From: an uncultured Actinomycetota bacterium
Lineage (GTDB): Bacteria > Actinomycetota > Actinomycetes > Prado026
Reading direction: 5' to 3'
Assembly (NCBI GenBank): GCA_963711005.1
Contig: CAVQCJ010000004.1
Span: 464,099-528,098, forward strand
DNA length: 64,000 nt
Positions 20,699-34,804 of this stretch are shown piece by piece. Position numbers and translations under genes: made by a program. Under the pieces are notes generated by a model, which had not been told where the DNA came from, searched no databases, and saw only the letters and a list, made by a program, of their open reading frames with translations. Within the stretch, counting starts at the first letter, position 1; every line of letters begins with the position of its first letter.

Positions 20699-22480
20699 TC
20701 AGAGGGTCGGAGTGGACTTCAGCAGCGACACGTAGCGACGGTGCCGGGCGAGCAGGTGCGCCAGGCACAGCAGAGTGTGAGCCAGCGCGGCGATCATCAG
20801 CAGGGCCCAGTGCGGGTGCGAGACGTGCACGTGGAAGACGCCGAACACGTCGAGGTCCCGAGTGTCGGCCAGCTGTACCGATGCCTTGATCGCGGCCAGC
20901 GAGACCGCCCCGACACTGATCAGCAGCAGGGTCAGCATGGCGATGATCGTGGCGAGCGAGGAGCGCTTCAGCGCCTTCTCGTCGAAGCGCGAGACCAACC
21001 ACCCGGACAGGATCGCCGGGACGCTCAGAGCCAGGGTGACCAGGCCGACCTTGCCACCCACGGCCCCGGACGGGTCGGCCGATCCGAACACCTGGTCGTG
21101 GTGGTAGCCGATGAGCCACACCAGGAACGTGAGCGCGCTCGACAGCAGGGTGATCGGACCGAGCAGCCCGGGCGGGACCTCGCGGAAGTCCAGGGCCATG
21201 AAGGCGGAGACCGGCCTCGCGCGGACCCCGCGCGGGTCCGTCGTCGGGGGCGCCCCGGTCCGTGCCGTGAGTGTCTTGTAGTCCAGGTCGCGGGCGAGCA
21301 GGTGCACGGCGGCCAGACCCAGAGTGTCGGAGAACGCGGCGATCGGTTCCCTGGCCGCGGACGTCACCACGGGCGTGATGGGCATGGTGTCGCGCGCGGC
21401 CTGGACCAGGACCTGCCGACCGGCCAGGTACAACCCGTCCGGCGCCGTCGCCTCGACGTGGACGCTCGGTGCCGTGAACAGGTGCGGGAGCGGTAGGAGA
21501 TACGTGCGGACGCGCAGCCCGAGGAAGATCCGGACCTGGTCGAGGAACCCGCGCAGATGGTCGGTCCGCCGTTCTGAGCGCGTCAGCGTCACCTCGACAC
21601 AGGTGCCGGGGGCGCCGGACACGTGCGCGACGAGGAACGTCGAGCCGGACAGCGCGTTCAGCAGGTGGATCAGCTCGGACCGGCGGTCCGGGCTCACCGC
21701 TGCGCCGCACACGTCCGCCTGCTCGATCACGTCCCGGATGCGCGCGGCGCGGCCGCGGTGCTGGGAGAAGGCGACGGCCCACGCGGCGGCCACGACCGCC
21801 CGCTGCCGTTGGGTGATCGACGGCGCCGCGACATAGGCGCTGCGGTACAGCCGGTCGATGGTCACGGCGAGGACCCCGATCGTCTCCCGGTACGTCAGCA
21901 CCCGTGCGCTGCCGCCCTCGGCCGTGGTGGTCACTCCGTCGTTGATGATGCCCTTGCGACTGCGCAGGATCGGTACCAGCACCGAGACCGAGGCTCGGTC
22001 CGGGCCGGGTGGGAGCACCATCTCGCGGATCGTCGAGCTGACGATGTACTCGTCGTGCAGGGTGAGCTTCTCGGTGAGTCGCCTGGTCCCCGATCGAGCG
22101 TGCACGATGGTGTGCAGCAGGCTGGCGATCTCGGCACCGGAGTAGGTGGCCTCCGCGTTGTCGAACTCCGCGGAGATCAGGCGGCGGCGACCGTCCAGCT
22201 GGGAGTCCGGGTCGGTGTCCTCGTCTGCCAGCAGAGCCACCGTCGGGCTCGGTTCACCCGGGGTCGGGACCCGGATCAGCAGCCGCAGCAGCAGCGCGAG
22301 CGCCGCCCCCAGGACGAGGACCAGGGTCAGCCAGCCGAGGGCCTCGCCCTGGGAGACCACGTTCGTGGGTGCGTCGACGAAGGCGGCCACCGCCACCGCA
22401 CACAAGCCGACGAAGAACAGCACCATCCGGAGCAGGATCTTCAGCCGACGACCGCCGGCGGCGTTCCTGTACTCGTCCAC
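20699..22480 (-). CDS. Hypothetical polytopic membrane protein (about 2 TM + large soluble domain + about 4 TM)
   Basis: Long ORF with natural composition and clear hydrophobic segments; start GTG 22480 preferred (ORF open to 22546); no family recognised. Confidence 0.8.
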   Translation of the reverse strand: MDEYRNAAGGRRLKILLRMVLFFVGLCAVAVAAFVDAPTNVVSQGEALGWLTLVLVLGAALALLLRLLIRVPTPGEPSPTVALLADEDTDPDSQLDGRRRLISAEFDNAEATYSGAEIASLLHTIVHARSGTRRLTEKLTLHDEYIVSSTIREMVLPPGPDRASVSVLVPILRSRKGIINDGVTTTAEGGSARVLTYRETIGVLAVTIDRLYRSAYVAAPSITQRQRAVVAAAWAVAFSQHRGRAARIRDVIEQADVCGAAVSPDRRSELIHLLNALSGSTFLVAHVSGAPGTCVEVTLTRSERRTDHLRGFLDQVRIFLGLRVRTYLLPLPHLFTAPSVHVEATAPDGLYLAGRQVLVQAARDTMPITPVVTSAAREPIAAFSDTLGLAAVHLLARDLDYKTLTARTGAPPTTDPRGVRARPVSAFMALDFREVPPGLLGPITLLSSALTFLVWLIGYHHDQVFGSADPSGAVGGKVGLVTLALSVPAILSGWLVSRFDEKALKRSSLATIIAMLTLLLISVGAVSLAAIKASVQLADTRDLDVFGVFHVHVSHPHWALLMIAALAHTLLCLAHLLARHRRYVSLLKSTPTL

Positions 22481-22600
22481 GCCGTGCCTGCCCCCGTCCG
22501 TCCGGAACCCGCGGCAGGACGTTAGACCGCAAGCCCGGTCCGGCACCCCGACAACGCCGACATGTGGACACCGTTTCGGCGGATTGGTGAGCTGCGGCGG

Positions 22601-23758
22601 TCAGAGCGCCGGCAGGACCGCCCACACCAGGGGCACGCCGGGGCGGTAGGCGAGATGGATGTACGAGGGGGCGTCCAGGACGACCAGGTCGGCGCGGGCA
22701 CCGGTCGTCAACGTGCCGACGTCGGCGCGACGCAGTGCCCGCGCGCCGCCGGCCGTCGCCGCCCACAGCGCCTCGGCCGGCGTCATGCGCATCTCGCGGA
22801 CCGCGAGCGCCAGGCACAGCGCCATGCTCGTGGTGTACGAGGACCCGGGGTTGCAGTCGGTCGCGATCGCGACGGTGACGCCGGCGTCGATGAGCCGGCG
22901 CGCGTCCGGGTACGGCGAGCGGGTCGAGAACTCGGCGGCCGGGAGCAACGTCGCGACCGTCCCGGACGCGGCCAGCGCGTCGACGTCGGCGTCGTCGAGG
23001 TACGTGCAGTGGTCGACGCTCGCCGCACCGACCTCGACGGCGACCTGCACCCCGGGTCCGTGCTGGAGCTGGTTGCCGTGCAGCCGCGGGAGCAGCCCGT
23101 GCGCGACCCCGGCAGCGACGACCGCGCGGGTCTCGTCCGCGTCGAACGCGCCGCGGTCGCAGAACACGTCGACCCAGCGCGCGTGCGGCGCACAGGCGTC
23201 CAGCATCGGGCCGGCGACCAGCTCGACGTACGCGTCGCGCCGCCCCTCGTACTCCGGCGGCACGACGTGCGCCCCGAGGAACGTCGTCTCCGGGGTGAGG
23301 CGGCGCGCGACCGACAGCGAGCGAGCCTCGTCGTCGACGGTGAGCCCGTAGCCGCTCTTGCACTCGAACGTCGTCGTGCCGCCGCGGCGCATCTCGTCGA
23401 CGAGGCGGCGCAGGTGGCGCTCGAGGCTTGCGTCGTCGGCGGCCCTCGTCGCCGCGACGGTGCTGCGGATGCCCCCGGCGCTGTACGGCTGCCCGGCCAT
23501 CCGCGCCGCGAACTCCTCGGCGCGGTCGCCGGCGAACACCAGGTGCGCGTGGCTGTCCACGAAACCTGGGACGACGGCCCGGCCCTCGACGTCGACGCGC
23601 TCGTCGGCATCCGGGGCGACCGTGGCCGGACCCACCCAGGCCACCACGCCGGCGTCCACGACGACCGCGGCGTCCGTGAGCAGCCCGAGCCGGCTGCCGT
23701 CGCCGAGCTGCGCGTCGTTGGTGACGAGCTGGCCGATGCCCGTGACCAGCGTGCTCAC
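22601..23758 (-). CDS. hutI: Imidazolonepropionase
   Basis: [38 protein letters not shown]. Confidence 0.96.
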   Translation of the reverse strand: MSTLVTGIGQLVTNDAQLGDGSRLGLLTDAAVVVDAGVVAWVGPATVAPDADERVDVEGRAVVPGFVDSHAHLVFAGDRAEEFAARMAGQPYSAGGIRSTVAATRAADDASLERHLRRLVDEMRRGGTTTFECKSGYGLTVDDEARSLSVARRLTPETTFLGAHVVPPEYEGRRDAYVELVAGPMLDACAPHARWVDVFCDRGAFDADETRAVVAAGVAHGLLPRLHGNQLQHGPGVQVAVEVGAASVDHCTYLDDADVDALAASGTVATLLPAAEFSTRSPYPDARRLIDAGVTVAIATDCNPGSSYTTSMALCLALAVREMRMTPAEALWAATAGGARALRRADVGTLTTGARADLVVLDAPSYIHLAYRPGVPLVWAVLPAL

Positions 23759-25113
23759 GGCAGCACCCCGGCGATGGCGTCGGCCAGCGCCCGCCCGACG
23801 TCCGGGACGCGGACGTGCACGCCGTCATCGACCACGAGCTCCCCGCCGACCACGACGTGCGAGACGTCGGCGGCGCCGGCGGCGAACACGGCGGCCTCCG
23901 GCCCGTGCCCGGCGCCCGCGGTGCGGACCGAGTCGAGCCGGACCGCGGCCAGGTCGGCCCAGGCGCCCGGTGCGATCCGGCCGCCGTCGGGGCGGCCCAG
24001 GGCGTGCCAGCCGGCCGAGCTGGCGGCCCGCAGCAGCGTGGCGGCGTCGAAGTGGCCGCGCCGCATCGACACCAGCCGCTCGTCCAGCTCGACCGCGCGG
24101 GCCTCCTCGAACAGGTCGATGACAGCGTGGCTGTCCGAGCCCAGCGACAGCGGCGACCCGGCGTCGAGGAGCGCGCGGGCCGGGCCAACGCCGTCGGCGA
24201 GCTCGCGTTCGGTGGTCGGGCACAGGCAGGCCCCGGTCCGGCTGCTGCCGAGCTGCTCGATGTCCTCCGGGGTCAGGTGCGTCGCGTGCACGGCCGTGCT
24301 CGTCGGCCCGAGCGCGCCGGCGTCGGCGAGCAGCCGGGTCGGCGTCCGTCCGTGCGCCGCGAGGCAGGCCTCGTTCTCGGCCGGCTGCTCGGACAGGTGG
24401 ACGTGCAGAGGCGCGGCGCCGTGCAGCTCGGCCCACCGCGCCACCACCGGGATCTCGTCGGCGGGGACCGCGCGCACCGAGTGCACCGCCGCCCCGACCC
24501 GTACGTCCGCGGCCGCCGGGTAGGCCGCGTGCAGCGCGGCCGCGCGCTCGGCCCAGACCTGAGCGGAGCCGTCGCCGAAGCGCAGCTGCACACCGTCGAG
24601 GGGGCGCCCGATCCCGCCGCTGAGGTAGCAGGTGTCGAGCAGCGTCAGCCGGACGCCTGCGGTCCGGGCCGCGGCCACCAGCGCGTGCGCCATCTCGTTC
24701 GGGTCGTCGTACGGCTGCCCGCCGGGACCGTGGTGCAGGTAGTGGAACTCGCCGACCAGGGTGATCCCGGCCAGCGCCATCTCGGCGTACACCGCCGTGG
24801 CCAGTGTGAGGTACCGCTGCGGGTCGAGCCGCTCCGCGACGGAGTACATCTGCTCGCGCCAGGTCCAGAACGAGCCGGTGCCCAGCGCGTCGACGGTGTG
24901 CGTGCGGCCGCGCAGCGCCCGGTGGAAGGCGTGCGAGTGCACGTTGGCCAGGCCCGGCAGCGTGAGCCCGGGCAGCCGTGCCGTGCCGTCAGGCGGGGTG
25001 CCGCCGAAGTCCGGGGTCACCCCAGAGATCCGCCCGCCGTCGACCTCGACCAGCACCCGGTGGTGCGAGGTCGGGCCGCCCAACCACGCGTGCTCGCACA
25101 GGTATGTGGTCAC
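23755..25113 (-). CDS. hutF: Formimidoylglutamate deiminase
   Basis: [41 protein letters not shown]. Confidence 0.95.
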   Translation of the reverse strand: MTTYLCEHAWLGGPTSHHRVLVEVDGGRISGVTPDFGGTPPDGTARLPGLTLPGLANVHSHAFHRALRGRTHTVDALGTGSFWTWREQMYSVAERLDPQRYLTLATAVYAEMALAGITLVGEFHYLHHGPGGQPYDDPNEMAHALVAAARTAGVRLTLLDTCYLSGGIGRPLDGVQLRFGDGSAQVWAERAAALHAAYPAAADVRVGAAVHSVRAVPADEIPVVARWAELHGAAPLHVHLSEQPAENEACLAAHGRTPTRLLADAGALGPTSTAVHATHLTPEDIEQLGSSRTGACLCPTTERELADGVGPARALLDAGSPLSLGSDSHAVIDLFEEARAVELDERLVSMRRGHFDAATLLRAASSAGWHALGRPDGGRIAPGAWADLAAVRLDSVRTAGAGHGPEAAVFAAGAADVSHVVVGGELVVDDGVHVRVPDVGRALADAIAGVLP

Positions 25114-26363
25114 TGGTCGTCGTCCCGGGCCAGCAGTCGCTCGACCACCCGAGCCAGGGCGGCGACCCCGGCCAGGCAGTCGGCGAGGTCGGCGTGCTCC
25201 GCGGGGGAGTGCGACACCCCGGTCGGGTTGCGGACGAACAGCATCGCGGCCGGGACGTGGGCGGCGAGCACACCTGCATCGTGCCCGGCCTGGGTCGGCA
25301 GCGTCGGCACGTCGCGGGTGGACGCGCCGACCGCGTCGGCCAGCAACCGCGACAGCGGCCCGTCGAAGCGCACCTCCGGCGACACCGACTCGGTGGTCAG
25401 CTCGACCTTCGTCCCGTCCCGGCCCGCCCGCTGGGTCGCACCTTGCGCGATGTCGGTGACCAGTGTCCCCAGCGACGTCTCGTCCGCCGCCCGCGCGTCC
25501 AGCCAGGCGCGCACCGTCGACGGGATGGCGTTGGTCCCGTTCGGTTCGACCTCGACCCGGCCGAACGTGACCCGCGCGTCCGCCTGCCGGGCCCGCTTGC
25601 GCGCGGCGAGCACGGTCTCGGCGTAGGTCAGCATCGGGTCGCGACGGTCCTCCAGCCGTGTGGTCCCGGCGTGGTTGGCCTCCCCGGTGAAGGTGAACCG
25701 GTACCGCCCGTGCGGCCAGATCGCGGTCGCCACGCCGACCGGGGCGTCCACGTCCACGAGAGCGCGACCCTGCTCGACGTGCAGCTCGACGAACCGGCCG
25801 ATCCGGCCCAGCGACTCCTCGTCGCGCCCGAGCCGGCCCGGGTCGTGCCCGGCGGCACGCATCGCCTCCGCCATCGACACCCCGTCGGCATCGGTGAGTG
25901 CCCGGGCCCGGTCCGGGTCAAGCGCGCCGGTCAGCAGCCGGGAGCCGGCGCAGGCCACGCCGAACCGCGCACCCTCCTCGTCGGCGAACGCCACGACGGC
26001 GACCGGACGGCGCGGGTCGGCCGTCGGCGCCGCGGCGCCGACGACGTCGAGCGCGGCGAACGCGGACACCACCCCGAGCGGGCCGTCGTAGGCCCCGCCG
26101 TCCGGCACTGAGTCCAGGTGCGAGCCGAGCACGACCGCCTCGCGGCCAGGCGGGCCCCACCACGCCCAGAGGTTGCCGTTCCGGTCGCTGTGCACGGCCA
26201 TCCCGCGCGCCGCCGCGGCGTCGGTGAACCACTCCCGGCAGGCCAGGTCCTCGGCCGTCCACGCGAACCGCCGGTAGCCGCCGTTGCGCGCGTCCCGTCC
26301 GATCGGCAGCAGTGCGTCCCAGAGCGCGCTGAACGACGTCGGGCCCTCGACCTGGTCGGCCAC
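25110..26363 (-). CDS. M20 family Zn amidohydrolase (allantoate amidohydrolase-like; probable N-formylglutamate hydrolase)
   Basis: GSHLDSVPDGGAYDG, DEEGARF, ELHVEQG, NHAGTT, GHDA; inside the hut operon. Confidence 0.9.
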   Translation of the reverse strand: MADQVEGPTSFSALWDALLPIGRDARNGGYRRFAWTAEDLACREWFTDAAAARGMAVHSDRNGNLWAWWGPPGREAVVLGSHLDSVPDGGAYDGPLGVVSAFAALDVVGAAAPTADPRRPVAVVAFADEEGARFGVACAGSRLLTGALDPDRARALTDADGVSMAEAMRAAGHDPGRLGRDEESLGRIGRFVELHVEQGRALVDVDAPVGVATAIWPHGRYRFTFTGEANHAGTTRLEDRRDPMLTYAETVLAARKRARQADARVTFGRVEVEPNGTNAIPSTVRAWLDARAADETSLGTLVTDIAQGATQRAGRDGTKVELTTESVSPEVRFDGPLSRLLADAVGASTRDVPTLPTQAGHDAGVLAAHVPAAMLFVRNPTGVSHSPAEHADLADCLAGVAALARVVERLLARDDDQ

Positions 26364-26367
26364 GCAG

Positions 26368-28035
26368 TCAGCCCTCGGCCATCGGCACGCGAACGCCCCG
26401 CTCGGCGGCCACCTCGGCGGCCCGGTCGTAGCCGGCGTCGACGTGCCGGATGACACCCATGCCCGGGTCGTTGGTCAGCACCCGCTCCAGCTTGGCGCCG
26501 GCCAGGGCGGTGCCGTCGGCGACGCAGACCTGGCCCGCGTGGATCGACCGCCCGATGCCGACGCCGCCGCCGTGGTGGATCGACACCCAGGACGCGCCGG
26601 ACGCGGTGTTCACCAGCGCGTTGAGCAGCGGCCAGTCCGCGATCGCGTCCGACCCGTCGAGCATCGACTCGGTCTCCCGGTAGGGCGAGGCGACCGACCC
26701 GCAGTCCAGGTGGTCGCGGCCGATCGCGACGGGCGCTGAGAGCCGTCCGTCCGCGACCATCTCGTTGAAGCGCATGCCGGCGAGGTGCCGCTCGCCGTAG
26801 CCCAGCCAGCAGATCCGGGCCGGCAGGCCCTGGAAGGCGACCTTCTCGCCGGCCCGCCGGATCCAGCGTTCCAGCGGCTCGTTGTCCGGGAACAGGTCCA
26901 GGACCGCCGCGTCGGTGGCGGCGATGTCGGCCGGGTCGCCGGACAGCGCTGCCCAGCGGAACGGTCCCTTGCCCTCGCAGAACAGCGGCCGGATGTACGC
27001 CGGCACGAACCCGGGGAAGTCGAACGCGCGCTGGTACCCGGCCAGCTGCGCCTCGCCGCGGATGGAGTTGCCGTAGTCGAACACCTCGGCGCCGGCGTCC
27101 ATGAACCCGACCATGGCCTCGACGTGCTTGGCCATCGACTGCCGCGCCCGCTCGGTGAACTCTTCCGGCTTGGCCTCCGCGTACGCCTGCCAGTCCGCCA
27201 GCTCGACCCCTTCGGGCAGGTACGACAGCGGGTCGTGCGCCGACGTCTGGTCGGTCACCAGGTCGACGGGCACGCCGCGGCGCAGCAGCTCGGGCAGCAC
27301 GGTGGCGCAGTTGCCGGCCAGTCCCACCGACAGCGGCCGGCGCTCGGCCTTGGCCGCGAGCACCCGGGTCACGGCGTCGTCGAGGTCGCCGGTCCACTCG
27401 TCCAGGTAGCGGTGGTCGACGCGGCGCTGCAGGCGAGCCGGGTCGACGTCCACGATCAGGCAGACGCCGTCGTTCATCGTCACCGACAACGGCTGCGCGC
27501 CGCCCATGCCGCCGCAGCCGCCGGTCACCGTCAGGGTGCCGGCCAGCGTGCCGCCGGGCCGCTTGGCGGCGATCGCCGCGAACGTCTCGTACGTGCCCTG
27601 CAGGATGCCCTGCGTGCCGATGTAGATCCACGAGCCCGCAGTCATCTGGCCGTACATCGTCAGGCCCAGGTGCTCGAGACGGCGGAACTCCGGCCACGTC
27701 GCCCAGTCCGGGACCAGGTTCGAGTTGGCCAGCAGGACTCGCGGGGCCCACTCGTGCGTGCGCAGCACGCCGACCGGTTTGCCGGACTGGACCAGCAGCG
27801 TCTCGTCGTCGGCCAGACCCTGCAGCGTGCGCACGATCGCGTCGTACGCCGACCAGCTGCGCGCGGCCCGCCCGGTGCCGCCGTAGACCACCAGGTCGTC
27901 GGGGCGCTCGGCCACCTCGGGGTCGAGGTTGTTCATCAGCATCCGCATGGCGGCCTCGGTCTGCCAGCTGCGGCAGCTCAGCTGCGTGCCGCGCGGGGAC
28001 CGGACGGGGCGCGGCCCGGAGACGGTGATGCTCAT
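26368..28035 (-). CDS. hutU: Urocanate hydratase
   Basis: [44 protein letters not shown]. Confidence 0.98.
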   Translation of the reverse strand: MSITVSGPRPVRSPRGTQLSCRSWQTEAAMRMLMNNLDPEVAERPDDLVVYGGTGRAARSWSAYDAIVRTLQGLADDETLLVQSGKPVGVLRTHEWAPRVLLANSNLVPDWATWPEFRRLEHLGLTMYGQMTAGSWIYIGTQGILQGTYETFAAIAAKRPGGTLAGTLTVTGGCGGMGGAQPLSVTMNDGVCLIVDVDPARLQRRVDHRYLDEWTGDLDDAVTRVLAAKAERRPLSVGLAGNCATVLPELLRRGVPVDLVTDQTSAHDPLSYLPEGVELADWQAYAEAKPEEFTERARQSMAKHVEAMVGFMDAGAEVFDYGNSIRGEAQLAGYQRAFDFPGFVPAYIRPLFCEGKGPFRWAALSGDPADIAATDAAVLDLFPDNEPLERWIRRAGEKVAFQGLPARICWLGYGERHLAGMRFNEMVADGRLSAPVAIGRDHLDCGSVASPYRETESMLDGSDAIADWPLLNALVNTASGASWVSIHHGGGVGIGRSIHAGQVCVADGTALAGAKLERVLTNDPGMGVIRHVDAGYDRAAEVAAERGVRVPMAEG

Positions 28036-28041
28036 CGCGTA

Positions 28042-28113
28042 CCTCTTTCGCGTGTTGTTCCGGTCGTTGTTCCGCGTTTTGCTCGCCTGCTGTTTCCCGT
28101 GCTGTTTCCCGTG
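28042..28113. repeat. Imperfect 12-13 bp repeats (GGAAACAGCAC / GGAACAAC on the hut sense strand) in the hutH-hutU spacer
   Basis: TGCTGTTTCCCG twice exactly plus GTTGTTCC twice. Confidence 0.7.
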
Positions 28114-28121
28114 CGGGACGT

Positions 28122-29672
28122 TCAGGCCAGCGCGCCGACGGCCGACTCCGCGGCAGCCAGCAACGAGCCGTCGGCGACCATCGCCACGGCGGTTTCGATC
28201 TCGGGGGACAGGTGCCGGTCCGGACCGGGGCCGGCCACCCTGGCGCGCAGCACGGCGACGACGGCGGCGGTCCCGGGCGCCGGCGTCAGCGGCGCGCGCA
28301 GGTCCAGCGCGCGGGCCGCGGTGAGGATCTCGATCGCGAGCACCCGGGTCAGCGCGTCGACGGACCGGCGCAGCTTGCGCGCGGCCGACCAGCCCATCGA
28401 GACGTGGTCCTCCTGCATCGCCGACGAGGGGATCGAGTCGACGCTCGCCGGCACCGCCAGCCGCTTCATCTCGCTGACCAGGGCCGCCTGCGTGTACTGG
28501 GCGATCATGTGCCCGGAGTCGACGCCGGGGTCGCCGGCCAGGAACGGCGGCAGCCCGTGCGAGCGGGCGACGTCGAGCTGCCGGTCGGTGCGGCGCTCGC
28601 TGATCGACGCGAGGTCGGCCGCGACGATCGCGAGGAAGTCGAGCACGTAGCCGACCGGGGCGCCGTGGAAGTTGCCGTTGGAGCGCACCCGGCCGTCGTC
28701 GAGCACCACCGGGTTGTCGACCGCGGACGCCAGCTCGCGGGCCGCGACGGTCTGCGCGTGCGCGATCGTGTCGCGGACCGCGCCGGCCACCTGCGGGGCG
28801 CAGCGCAGCGAGTACGCGTCCTGCACGATCAGGCAGTCCTCACGGTGCGACTCGACGATGGCCGAGCCGGCCAGCAGGCGGGTCATGTTGGCGGCGGCGA
28901 CTGCCTGGCCGACCTGCGGGCGCAGCGCCTGCAGGTCCGCGGCGAAGACCGCGTCGGTACCCAGCAGCGCCTCGACGCTCATCGCCGCCGAGACGTCCGC
29001 CGTCCGGACCAGCCGCTGCAGGTCGTGCAGGGCCAGCACCAGCATCCCGAGCATGCCGTCGGTGCCGTTGATGAGCGCCAGGCCCTCCTTGGCGGCGAGC
29101 TCGCGCGGCGCGATCCCGGCCGCGGCCAGCGCCTGCGCGGCGGGCTGCCGGACCCCGGCGGCGTCCCGCACGTCGCCCTCGCCCATCACGGCCAGCGCGC
29201 AGTGCGCCAGCGGTGCCAGGTCGCCCGAGCAGCCGAGCGAGCCGTACTCGTGCACCACCGGCGTGATGCCGGCGTTGAGCAGGTCCGCGTACGCCTGGGC
29301 CGTCGCGGGGTCGGCGCCGGTGTGGCCGGAGGCCAGCGTGCGCAGGCGCAGCAGCATGAGCGCCCGCACCACCTCGCGCTCGACCTCGGGGCCGGAGCCT
29401 GCGGCATGCGAGCGGACCAGCGAACGCTGCAGCTGGGCCCGCATGGCCGGGTCGATGTACCGGGTCGCGAGGGCGCCGAACCCGGTCGAGACGCCGTACA
29501 CGGGCTCCCCGCTGGCGGCCAGCTCGTCGATCACCGCGCGGGCCTTGGCGAGCACGGCGAGCGCCTCCGGCGCGAGCTCGATCCGGGCCCCGTCCCGGGC
29601 GACCGCGACCACCTCGAGCGGGTCCAGGGGAGCGGCGGAGACGGACACCGTCGACGCAGGGCTGGCGTTCAT
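28122..29672 (-). CDS. hutH: Histidine ammonia-lyase
   Basis: [20 protein letters not shown] (MIO as Cys-Ser-Gly), [25 protein letters not shown]. Confidence 0.97.
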   Translation of the reverse strand: MNASPASTVSVSAAPLDPLEVVAVARDGARIELAPEALAVLAKARAVIDELAASGEPVYGVSTGFGALATRYIDPAMRAQLQRSLVRSHAAGSGPEVEREVVRALMLLRLRTLASGHTGADPATAQAYADLLNAGITPVVHEYGSLGCSGDLAPLAHCALAVMGEGDVRDAAGVRQPAAQALAAAGIAPRELAAKEGLALINGTDGMLGMLVLALHDLQRLVRTADVSAAMSVEALLGTDAVFAADLQALRPQVGQAVAAANMTRLLAGSAIVESHREDCLIVQDAYSLRCAPQVAGAVRDTIAHAQTVAARELASAVDNPVVLDDGRVRSNGNFHGAPVGYVLDFLAIVAADLASISERRTDRQLDVARSHGLPPFLAGDPGVDSGHMIAQYTQAALVSEMKRLAVPASVDSIPSSAMQEDHVSMGWSAARKLRRSVDALTRVLAIEILTAARALDLRAPLTPAPGTAAVVAVLRARVAGPGPDRHLSPEIETAVAMVADGSLLAAAESAVGALA

Positions 29673-29725
29673 GCCCCCATTGGATCGGTCCGGGGTCGGT
29701 GCGTCTGCGTGCGGAGGTCACAATA

Positions 29726-29743
29726 TGTCTGGTATCTCAGACA
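29726..29743. promoter_or_regulatory. Putative HutR (IclR) operator
   Basis: Palindrome TGTCTG-GTATCT-CAGACA between divergent hutH and the IclR gene. Confidence 0.75.
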
Positions 29744-29780
29744 CCGCACGGAGAGCTCCAGAGCTGGGGAGGGGGCGGCG

Positions 29781-32418
<2,638 letters not shown>

Positions 32419-32435
32419 TGCCGGCGCACTGACCG

Positions 32436-34745
32436 ATGGGCTACGTGGAAGACCGGACCCAGCTGCTGGCCCGGCCCGAGCTGTTCGGGCCGGACCGGCG
32501 GCGGGCGCTCACCGGGCTTACCGACCGATGGGTCAGCGGCCTGTTCGACGACGCGGGCGGTCCCGGCATCGGGGCCGCCCTCGTCGCGGTCGGCGGCTAC
32601 GGCCGCTCGGAGCTCTCCCCGGGCAGCGACCTGGACCTCCTGCTGGTCGTCCCTGGCACTGCGACCGACGCGCAGGCGGCTGCGGTGGCCTCGGCGGTCT
32701 GGTACCCGATCTGGGACGCCGGGCTGCGGCTGGACCACGCGATGCGGACGCCCGCGGAGGCCAGGCGGGTCGCCAGCGACGACCTGCGCGCCCTGCTCGG
32801 CATGCTGGACCTGCGGCACGTCGCCGGCGACGAGTCGGTGAGCGCGGCGCTGCGCGAGGCGGTGCTGGCCGACTGGCGCGCGTTCGCCAAGCGCCGGCTG
32901 CCCGACCTGTTCGCCGGGTGCGCCGAACGCGCCGCCCGGTCCGGCGACCTGGCCTTCTCGCTCGAGCCCGACCTGAAGGAGTCCCGCGGCGGCCTGCGCG
33001 ACCTGGTCAGCCTGCGCGCGGTCGCGGCATCGTGGGTGGCGGACGTCCGGCACGAAGGGCTGGACGAGGCACGGCAGAGCCTGCTGGACGCGCGGGACGC
33101 CGCGCATGACGTGACCGGCCGGCCGTCCGACCGGTTGATGCTGCAGGACCAGGAGGCGATCGCGAAGCGGCTCGGCCTGCTCGACGACGACGCTCTGCTG
33201 CGCCAGGTCGCCGGGGTCGGGCGTTCGGTGGCCTTCGCTCTCGACGAGGCCGCTTTCCGGGTCGAGCGGACGCTCGCCTCGCGCGGGCGACTGGCCCGGC
33301 GGGGCGTCCGCCGGCTCGGCACCCGTGCACCGCTGGCGGACGGTGTCGTCGAGCAGGACGGCGAGGTGGTCCTCGCCCGGGACGCCGACCCCGCCGCGGA
33401 CCCGTCGCTGGTGCTGCGGACCGCGGCGGCCGCCGCGCAGGCGGGACTGCGGCTCGCGCCGCACACCGTCCAGCGGCTGGCGGCGCAGAGCCGACCGCTG
33501 CCCGAACCGTGGCCGCGGGCGGCGCTGGACGGGCTGGTCAGCCTGCTCGGCGCCGGCCGCCCGGCGATCCCGGTGTGGGAGGCGCTGGACCAGGCTGGGA
33601 TCACGTCCGCGCTGATGCCCGACTGGGAACGGGTCCGGAGCCGGCCGCAGCGCAACGCCGTGCACCGGTTCACCGTCGACCGCCACCTCGTGGAGGCCGC
33701 CGTCGGAGCGGCCGCCTACGCCCGCCAGGTCGACCGTCCCGACCTCCTGCTGGTCGGCGCGCTCCTGCACGACATCGGCAAGGGCTGGCCGGGGGACCAC
33801 TCGGAGGCCGGCGTCGCGGTGGTGGCGGACCTGGCCCCGCGCCTGGGCTTCGGGCCGGAGGACGTCGAGGTCCTGGTGACGCTCGTGCGGCACCACCTGC
33901 TGCTTCCGGACACCGCGACCCGCCGCGACCTCGACGACCCCGCGACGATCGCGCACGTGGCGGCGTCCGTCCGCACGCTCGAGGTTCTCGACCTGCTGCA
34001 CGCGCTCACCGAGGCCGACGGGCTCGCCACCGGCCCGGCCGCGTGGACCGAGTGGAAGGCGGCGCTGATCGTCGACCTCGTCGAGCGCACCAGGGCGCTG
34101 CTCGGCGGTCACGAGGTCCCGCAGCCGGCCGACCTCGCCGCGGAGCACGCCGACCTCGTCGCAGCCGGCACGCTGGCCGTGCGGGTGGCTGCCGTCGGCG
34201 CCGAGGGCGTGGAGGTCACCGTGGTGGCCCCGGACGCGGTCGGCCTGCTCGGGCAGGTCGCCGGCGTGCTCAGCCTCAACCGCCTGGCCGTGCGCTCGGC
34301 CTCCACCCAGACCGACGGTGGGATGGCCGTCCAGGTGTGGCAGGTGCTGCCCGAGTTCGGCGAGCCCGCGACTATCGAACGACTGCGCGAGGACGTGCAC
34401 CGGGCCGTCCAGGGGACCCTGGACGTCTCGGCCCGGCTGGCCGACCGCGAGCAGTCGTCCTCGCGCCGCCCCGGGGTGCCGGTCCCGCCGCCCCGGGTGG
34501 ACGTGGTCGGCGGCGCCAGCCGGACCGCGACGGTGCTGGAGGTCCGTGCGCACGACCGGCCCGGGCTGCTGCACCGCATCGGCGCATCGCTGGCCGCGTG
34601 CTCGGTGGACGTGCGGTCGGCGCTCGTCTCGACCCTGGGGTCGGAGGCGGTCGACGTCTTCTACGTCGTCGGTCCGGACGGCGCGCCGCTGACCGAGGAC
34701 CGGGCCAGGGCGGTCGCCCTCGAGCTTCGGGCCGCGCTGGCCTGA
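32436..34745 (+). CDS. glnD: [Protein-PII] nucleotidyltransferase
   Basis: AVGGYGR.ELSPGSDLD, LKESRGGLRD, LLHDIGKG, C-terminal ACT domains. Confidence 0.96.
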   Translation: MGYVEDRTQLLARPELFGPDRRRALTGLTDRWVSGLFDDAGGPGIGAALVAVGGYGRSELSPGSDLDLLLVVPGTATDAQAAAVASAVWYPIWDAGLRLDHAMRTPAEARRVASDDLRALLGMLDLRHVAGDESVSAALREAVLADWRAFAKRRLPDLFAGCAERAARSGDLAFSLEPDLKESRGGLRDLVSLRAVAASWVADVRHEGLDEARQSLLDARDAAHDVTGRPSDRLMLQDQEAIAKRLGLLDDDALLRQVAGVGRSVAFALDEAAFRVERTLASRGRLARRGVRRLGTRAPLADGVVEQDGEVVLARDADPAADPSLVLRTAAAAAQAGLRLAPHTVQRLAAQSRPLPEPWPRAALDGLVSLLGAGRPAIPVWEALDQAGITSALMPDWERVRSRPQRNAVHRFTVDRHLVEAAVGAAAYARQVDRPDLLLVGALLHDIGKGWPGDHSEAGVAVVADLAPRLGFGPEDVEVLVTLVRHHLLLPDTATRRDLDDPATIAHVAASVRTLEVLDLLHALTEADGLATGPAAWTEWKAALIVDLVERTRALLGGHEVPQPADLAAEHADLVAAGTLAVRVAAVGAEGVEVTVVAPDAVGLLGQVAGVLSLNRLAVRSASTQTDGGMAVQVWQVLPEFGEPATIERLREDVHRAVQGTLDVSARLADREQSSSRRPGVPVPPPRVDVVGGASRTATVLEVRAHDRPGLLHRIGASLAACSVDVRSALVSTLGSEAVDVFYVVGPDGAPLTEDRARAVALELRAALA

Positions 34746-34804
34746 TCCGACCCCGGGTAGCCTGGGCGGGTCCTCCCAGACCCTCGTCCGTCCCCGGAGC
34801 GCCC

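Noticed and set aside
29200-29250. HutH MIO motif Cys-Ser-Gly instead of Ala-Ser-Gly
   Set aside because: A known variant in actinobacterial histidases; not evidence of inactivation
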